Source: an uncultured Collinsella sp. (GTDB lineage: Bacteria > Actinomycetota > Coriobacteriia > Coriobacteriales > Coriobacteriaceae). Taken from it: 40,861 bases of DNA. Below the pieces are notes generated by a model, which saw only the letters and a list, made by a program, of their open reading frames with translations, made no database searches and was not told where the DNA came from. Each line of letters opens with the position of its first letter. Positions within the stretch are counted from its first letter, which is position 1. A program made the position numbers and the translations under genes. The DNA lies in the NCBI GenBank assembly GCA_900553935.1, contig USFK01000001.1, forward strand, positions 1 to 40,861, written 5' to 3'. Shown one piece after another: positions 36,223 through 40,861 of this stretch.

Positions 36223-38415
36223 TTAGTTGTTAAGCATGCGGTCGAAGCTTCCCGAGTCGCCATCCCGATAGTCGGCGGTCATCAGAATCTCCTGCGGAAT
36301 GCGCCCGCCCTCGCGCAGCACATTGCGGAACTGCACGCGCGTGACCATGGGCAGATCCTTGATCGTCGCCGCCAAGTTCTGCGGCACGCCCTGGTTGGCA
36401 GCCGCGGGCTCGCACTCGCCGCCGGCCTTCACGCGACGCTTATGCTCGGCGAGCATGGCGCGGTACATGCCGGCATGCAGGCGAATCTCAACCACATTGG
36501 CATTGCGAGCCTGCTCGACGATGCGCGCGCCCTCGCGGTCGATATCGCCCACGTAGTAGACGTAGTTAAAGCGATAGCCGATCTCAGCCAGATAATCGTC
36601 CAGGGCATGCGAGACGCTCGCCTTGCATCCGCCGCCAAAAATCACGCCGGCAACCTTGATGCCAAAGAGCTTAGCGTGCTTGCGGCCGCGCAGGAGCTTG
36701 ACGATCTCGTCATAGGTGTCCAGGTTCTCGACCATAATGAACGGCTTATCGGCGCCCAGCGTAAAGAAACCCGTAAAGTGCACGGGGCGGTTGGGGGCGA
36801 CCTTAATCGCCTGCATGCTGATGCCCTTTTCGGTCATACGCCGAATTAGACGCTCGCCGTGCTTGCCGTCAAAAGCCTTCTCGTCGTTAAAAATCTGGTA
36901 GGCACGCTGGCGGCGCGAGGCAACCGGCGTATCGGCACCTCGGTTTTGCTCGATCCAAGCCTGGATGATTGCGATTTCCTCGGCAATCTTGCGGTTGGAC
37001 ATCTCGTTGTGCTGAGTGCGCTGCGGAGCCTTTTTGCCGTCCTTGCCCTCGACCTTTACGATCTGTGTCTGCTGCTCCTTGATCTTAGAGAGCGCCGTAG
37101 GCGTAGGGACAACTTTGAGCAGCTGCCTGCCTAAAACGCGGGCAAGGGCAAACGCCGATACCTCGCCGTGGACGGCCGACTCGGGCTGCTGGGCAGCAGC
37201 ATCTGCTGCGGCAGACTCCGGCTTCTTCTGAGACCTGCGCTTAGAATCGCCTTGGGAATTGCGCTCGCGCTTCGGCATAGACGCCTGCTTCTGCGGACGA
37301 TCGGACTTGCTCTCCTTCGCCGGCTGGCGCTTAGGCTGCCCCGAAGAAACCTCGGCCTTCGCATCCTCGTCCTGCGGCGTGGTCTTCTCGGCTGCAGTCT
37401 CGGCATGGGAACTGCGACCCCCGCGATGGCGACGGCGGCGAGGCCTGCTCGACGCGCCCTGCTCCGTCTGCCCATCAGTAGGCTGCTCGCCCTTGGCCTC
37501 GGCAGCAACCTCAAGCTGCGGCTCAACAGACTTCTGCTCGCGAGCCGCCGGCTCAACGGTTTTCTCGGTTTGTTCGGCCTTCTCGGCCTGAGCGGTCGGA
37601 GCCGGCTCGCCCTTCTCCTGACGCCTTACGGGATACGCGCGCCTCGCAAAACCACGCCCGGGACGGCATGAACCCGGAGCCTTCTTGGCAGACTCCTCAA
37701 CATCGTCTGCAGCCTCGGAAGGCTCTTCAACCTCATGTGCGACATCCTGCTGCGCAGCCTTAAAGTGGGCACCACGGCGACGCTGGGGCTCCTGGGCCTC
37801 CACGGGCTTTTGCTCCTTCGCGGGCCTCTGCGACTCGGCAGCAACCTCGTTCTCAACAGCCTCGGCATCCGTCTCACCCTTTTGAGCAACGGCACGACGG
37901 AAGCGCTCCTGCTGGGCGCGGCGCTGCGCATCGCGCTTGCCACCCCCGCCAAAACCGCCGCGTCCTGCCTTGGCCGTAAAGGCACGCACGACGTTCTCAT
38001 CGAGCAACTCATCGGTATCGACATGCTCACGCGGAGCAGCTTCTTCCACAGCAGGCACGTCAGCGGAATCCTCGACGACAAAATCTTCGACGGACTCGGC
38101 AGGCTGCTCCTGGGCATCGCGGATCTCGACATTGATGGTATAGAATGCCGGGCGCCCGTTAATGCCGCTGCCCTCGATCTTGGTCACGATATTTGCCGCG
38201 ATAAGCTCATCGCGCATCGCCTTGGTGTCGCATTCCTTATCGACGGAGCGGAAAATCTGCGCCAGCGCGCTCGACTTAATCTTGAGCGCCTTGCGGCAGA
38301 GCAGGTCGTAGGCAACCAGCTTGGCGCGCTCGGCAGAAAGCGATGTCTGGCTGCTCAGACGCTCAGCCAGAGCATCGACATTGTTTTGATTATCGGAATA
38401 TACCGTCTTGGCCAC
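36223..38415 (-). CDS. Protein with long disordered region and C-terminal JetD/DUF2220-like Toprim domain (730 aa)
   Basis: GTG start after GAAAGGGG; QIFNDEKAF, MVENLDTY, YVGDIDREG, RIPQE. Confidence 0.85.
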   Translation of the reverse strand: MAKTVYSDNQNNVDALAERLSSQTSLSAERAKLVAYDLLCRKALKIKSSALAQIFRSVDKECDTKAMRDELIAANIVTKIEGSGINGRPAFYTINVEIRDAQEQPAESVEDFVVEDSADVPAVEEAAPREHVDTDELLDENVVRAFTAKAGRGGFGGGGKRDAQRRAQQERFRRAVAQKGETDAEAVENEVAAESQRPAKEQKPVEAQEPQRRRGAHFKAAQQDVAHEVEEPSEAADDVEESAKKAPGSCRPGRGFARRAYPVRRQEKGEPAPTAQAEKAEQTEKTVEPAAREQKSVEPQLEVAAEAKGEQPTDGQTEQGASSRPRRRRHRGGRSSHAETAAEKTTPQDEDAKAEVSSGQPKRQPAKESKSDRPQKQASMPKRERNSQGDSKRRSQKKPESAAADAAAQQPESAVHGEVSAFALARVLGRQLLKVVPTPTALSKIKEQQTQIVKVEGKDGKKAPQRTQHNEMSNRKIAEEIAIIQAWIEQNRGADTPVASRRQRAYQIFNDEKAFDGKHGERLIRRMTEKGISMQAIKVAPNRPVHFTGFFTLGADKPFIMVENLDTYDEIVKLLRGRKHAKLFGIKVAGVIFGGGCKASVSHALDDYLAEIGYRFNYVYYVGDIDREGARIVEQARNANVVEIRLHAGMYRAMLAEHKRRVKAGGECEPAAANQGVPQNLAATIKDLPMVTRVQFRNVLREGGRIPQEILMTADYRDGDSGSFDRMLNN

Positions 38416-38520
38416 GGGGCCCCTTTCATATGCACACATATACGTCCATATGGTACAACGCACGAGCCTATCCACGCAAAACATCTGCGAGAACGCCCTT
38501 GCACCACCTGTTCTCACAAG

Positions 38521-38559
38521 AAAAAAGACCGGGTCCGCTTGATTGCGGACCCGGTCTTT
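38521..38559 (-). terminator. Terminator after cstA
   Basis: AAAGACCGGGTCCGC-TTGATT-GCGGACCCGGTCTTT with U-tract on the minus strand. Confidence 0.9.
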
Positions 38560-38598
38560 CCGAGTCAAATAGATGGGAGATTCAACCCGTCCGACCGA

Positions 38599-40488
38599 CT
38601 AGGCCTTGGCGGCCTCGGCGTCGGCAGGAGCTTCAGCGGCAGCGGCGCGACCGTACTCGGCCTTGCCCATCTCGGACCACTCGGGCTCCTCATCAGGCAT
38701 GGAGCCGGCCTCCTTGCCGAAGAACTCCTTGAGGCAGTTGACGGCGACGATGAGGCCCAGGACCATCAGCAGGACGGCGAAAACGAGCTGCAGGCCCTTG
38801 GTGGCGGCGACGGAAACGGCGGCCGTGGTGGCGGTAGCCGGGATGGTGCCGAAGAAACCGTAGGCCTGGACGGCGGTCATGCAGCCCATGGCGCTCTGGA
38901 CCAGCGAGGTGAAGGTGCAGCAGAGCAGGAAGGCGACGGGCACGTAGAGCATCCAGCCCTTGCGGCCGGTGCACTTGCAGAACACGGCGAGGGTGATCAT
39001 GGTCATACCGCCGAGCAGCTGGTTGGAAGCACCAAAGAGCGGCCAGATGTTGGCATAGCCACCAAAGGCAAGGGCGAGACCGGGAAGCAGGGTGACGACC
39101 GTGGCGAACCAGGGGTTGCCGAGAACCTTCATGTAGCCGGCCTTGGACTCGATGGCCAGGGCGTCGTTGGTCTGGGCAAAGAACTCGGAGAACGAGGTGC
39201 GGGCGATGCGGGCGACGGCGTCGAGCGAGGTCAGGGCCAGAGCGGAAACGTTCATGGTCATGAAGACGGTAGCGAGCGTGCCGTCAACACCGAAGGCCTG
39301 CATACCGCGGGAGATGCCAGCGGCGAAGATCTGGAACGGGGTGGAAGCGACGCCGGCGTTGAGGGCGCCGGTACCGGCGGTGTTCATGTCGGAGAACATG
39401 ATGCCGGCGACGATGATGGCAAGGATGCCGACGAAGGACTCGACGATCATGGCGCCATAACCGACCTTGACGGCGTCCTGCTCCTTCTCGACCTGCTTGG
39501 AGGAGGTACCAGAAGAAACGAGGCTGTGGAAGCCGGAGAGGGCACCGCAGGCAACGGAAACAAACAGGACCGGGAACATCATGCCAGAAGCGCTGGAGAA
39601 GCCGGTAAAGGCCGGAGCGGTGATGGTGGCCTGGCCGTTAACACCCAGGACGACGATACCGAGGACAGCGCAAACGATCATGACGATCATCATGATGGAA
39701 GTGAGGTAGTCACGCGGGGTCTTGAGCATCTGGATGGGCATAGCGCCAGCGAAGACCAGGTAGACCATGACGACGGCGAACCACTGGAACTTATCCAGGT
39801 AGACCGGGAACTGCATACCGACGGCAAACATGAGAACCATGAGGACCACGCCGGTGACGAACTCGGTAGCACCGGTGAGGTTGAACTTCTTCTGGGCCCA
39901 ACCAAAGGCGATAGCGACGAAGGTGAACAGGATGGAGATGGTACCAGCGCAGCCGGCGGCATAGGACTTGGTGAAGTCGATAGCACCGGTGGCAGCGCCA
40001 GAAGCGTCAACGACCGAGGTGAACATGAACGTCTTGCAGACCATGTCGGTGAAAGCGGCGATGACGATGATGCAGAACAGCCAGCAGAACAGCAGGAACA
40101 GGCGACGGCCGGTCTTGCCGATGTATTTCTCGATGAGCTGGGCCAGGGACTTGCCGTTGTTCTTCATCGAAGCGTACAGAGCACCAAAGTCGTGGACGGC
40201 GCCAAAGAAGATGCCGCCGACGAGGACCCAGAGCACGACGGGCAGCCAGCCAAAGGCCATGGCGACGATCGTACCCGTGACAGGGCCAGCACCGCAGATC
40301 GAGCTGAACTGGTGCGAGAACGCGGTAAAGGCGGAGACGGGCGAGAAGCTCTTGCCGTCCTTCATGCGCTTGGCCGGCGTGAGGGCCTCTTTGTCAACGC
40401 CCCACTTGTTGGCCAGCCAGCGGCCGTAGCCCAGATAGCCACAGGCGAGCACCGCCGCGGCCACAACCATGAGCAAAACTCCGTTCAT
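38599..40488 (-). CDS. cstA: Carbon starvation protein A family transporter
   Basis: HQFSSICGAGPVTG, GAVHDF, PRDY, ACGALSGFHSL, IWPLFGASNQLL; GGAGG RBS. Confidence 0.96.
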   Translation of the reverse strand: MNGVLLMVVAAAVLACGYLGYGRWLANKWGVDKEALTPAKRMKDGKSFSPVSAFTAFSHQFSSICGAGPVTGTIVAMAFGWLPVVLWVLVGGIFFGAVHDFGALYASMKNNGKSLAQLIEKYIGKTGRRLFLLFCWLFCIIVIAAFTDMVCKTFMFTSVVDASGAATGAIDFTKSYAAGCAGTISILFTFVAIAFGWAQKKFNLTGATEFVTGVVLMVLMFAVGMQFPVYLDKFQWFAVVMVYLVFAGAMPIQMLKTPRDYLTSIMMIVMIVCAVLGIVVLGVNGQATITAPAFTGFSSASGMMFPVLFVSVACGALSGFHSLVSSGTSSKQVEKEQDAVKVGYGAMIVESFVGILAIIVAGIMFSDMNTAGTGALNAGVASTPFQIFAAGISRGMQAFGVDGTLATVFMTMNVSALALTSLDAVARIARTSFSEFFAQTNDALAIESKAGYMKVLGNPWFATVVTLLPGLALAFGGYANIWPLFGASNQLLGGMTMITLAVFCKCTGRKGWMLYVPVAFLLCCTFTSLVQSAMGCMTAVQAYGFFGTIPATATTAAVSVAATKGLQLVFAVLLMVLGLIVAVNCLKEFFGKEAGSMPDEEPEWSEMGKAEYGRAAAAEAPADAEAAKA

Positions 40489-40521
40489 TACATTTCCTCC
40501 TCTAAAAAGAACTTCCTAGAC

Positions 40522-40565
40522 ATAAAAGATGAGGGCCGTCGGTTGCGCTCGACGGCCCTCATCTT
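40522..40565 (-). terminator. Attenuator terminator in the cstA 5' leader
   Basis: Perfect stem AAGATGAGGGCCGTCG/CGACGGCCCTCATCTT followed by TTAT, located between promoter and start codon. Confidence 0.85.
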
Positions 40566-40613
40566 CATCAGCCGCCCGTTATCGTACGGGCTAGCTGTAT
40601 GTGCTAACCCGCA

Positions 40614-40658
40614 TCAGATAATTACTACGCTGATAATGTTTAGCTGATGCGTGAACAT
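40614..40658 (-). CDS. Leader peptide MFTHQLNIISVVII (Ile/Val-rich)
   Basis: AGAGGA RBS, then ATG TTC ACG CAT CAG CTA AAC ATT ATC AGC GTA GTA ATT ATC TGA, directly before alternative hairpins. Confidence 0.75.
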   Translation of the reverse strand: MFTHQLNIISVVII

Positions 40659-40729
40659 GTCTAAGAAATCCTCTTCAATCATGATGTGAACGATCCGTGC
40701 GTGTTCACATCCCCCAGTGGTTGAAAAGG

Positions 40730-40758
40730 AGTATGAAACTTTAGTTACCTAAAGTCAA
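40730..40758 (-). promoter_or_regulatory. cstA sigma70 promoter overlapped by a HisR/YerC-like operator
   Basis: TTGACT-17-CATACT; ACTTTA-GTTACC-TAAAGT at 40738-40755 covers the spacer and part of -35. Confidence 0.8.
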
Positions 40759-40861
40759 CGCAAATATGTAATGAATTTTCAACTTTTTTGAATTTCTCGG
40801 TATAAAACGCCACTGACCTCGGACTTTACCCGACAAAAGTTTTTGCATGAGAGATGCCCCT

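Noticed and set aside
33285..40488. Complete Wadjet (jetABCD) defence operon
   Set aside because: No SMC-like, kleisin or KITE genes flank the JetD-like gene in this window.
37735..40647. 970-aa plus-strand ORF, and similar long ORFs at 7402-9147, 15476-17269 and 31268-32896
   Set aside because: Antisense shadows of cstA/jetD-like, the ABC exporter, glmS and fusA2.
40489..40730. T-box or metabolite riboswitch upstream of cstA
   Set aside because: No T-box sequence (GGTGGNACCGCG) or recognisable aptamer; the leader-peptide model fits better.

Overview
Mostly high-GC gut Coriobacteriia (Collinsella-like) chromosomal DNA; the taxonomy is inferred from protein and codon style, not from a search. 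It carries housekeeping and transport genes (dedA, cysE, a MarR-controlled heterodimeric ABC exporter, nitroreductase, glmS, larE, an EndA-like nuclease, an EF-G paralogue, a polar amino-acid ABC transporter, cstA) and a lower-GC glucitol-family PTS catabolic island (~23.3-30.8 kb). The first ~3.25 kb (htpG, zinc-ribbon membrane protein, GNAT, 3' part of ilvE) looks Oscillospiraceae-like and joins the rest inside ilvE, most likely an assembly chimera. Main observations: (1) an unannotated Ile/Val-rich 14-aa leader peptide with a complete attenuator upstream of cstA; (2) a shared CTTTA-N6-TAAAG operator (HisR/YerC-like) at cstA, the amino-acid ABC operon and ilvE; (3) an orphan JetD/Toprim nuclease domain fused to a ~400-aa disordered region; (4) a PTS island with kinase, aldolase, TIM-like enzyme and phosphatase but no dehydrogenase; (5) several palindromic repeat families, including a REPIN-like element and a conserved 42-nt core on unrelated stems. 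No rRNA, tRNA, CRISPR array or transposase was found.
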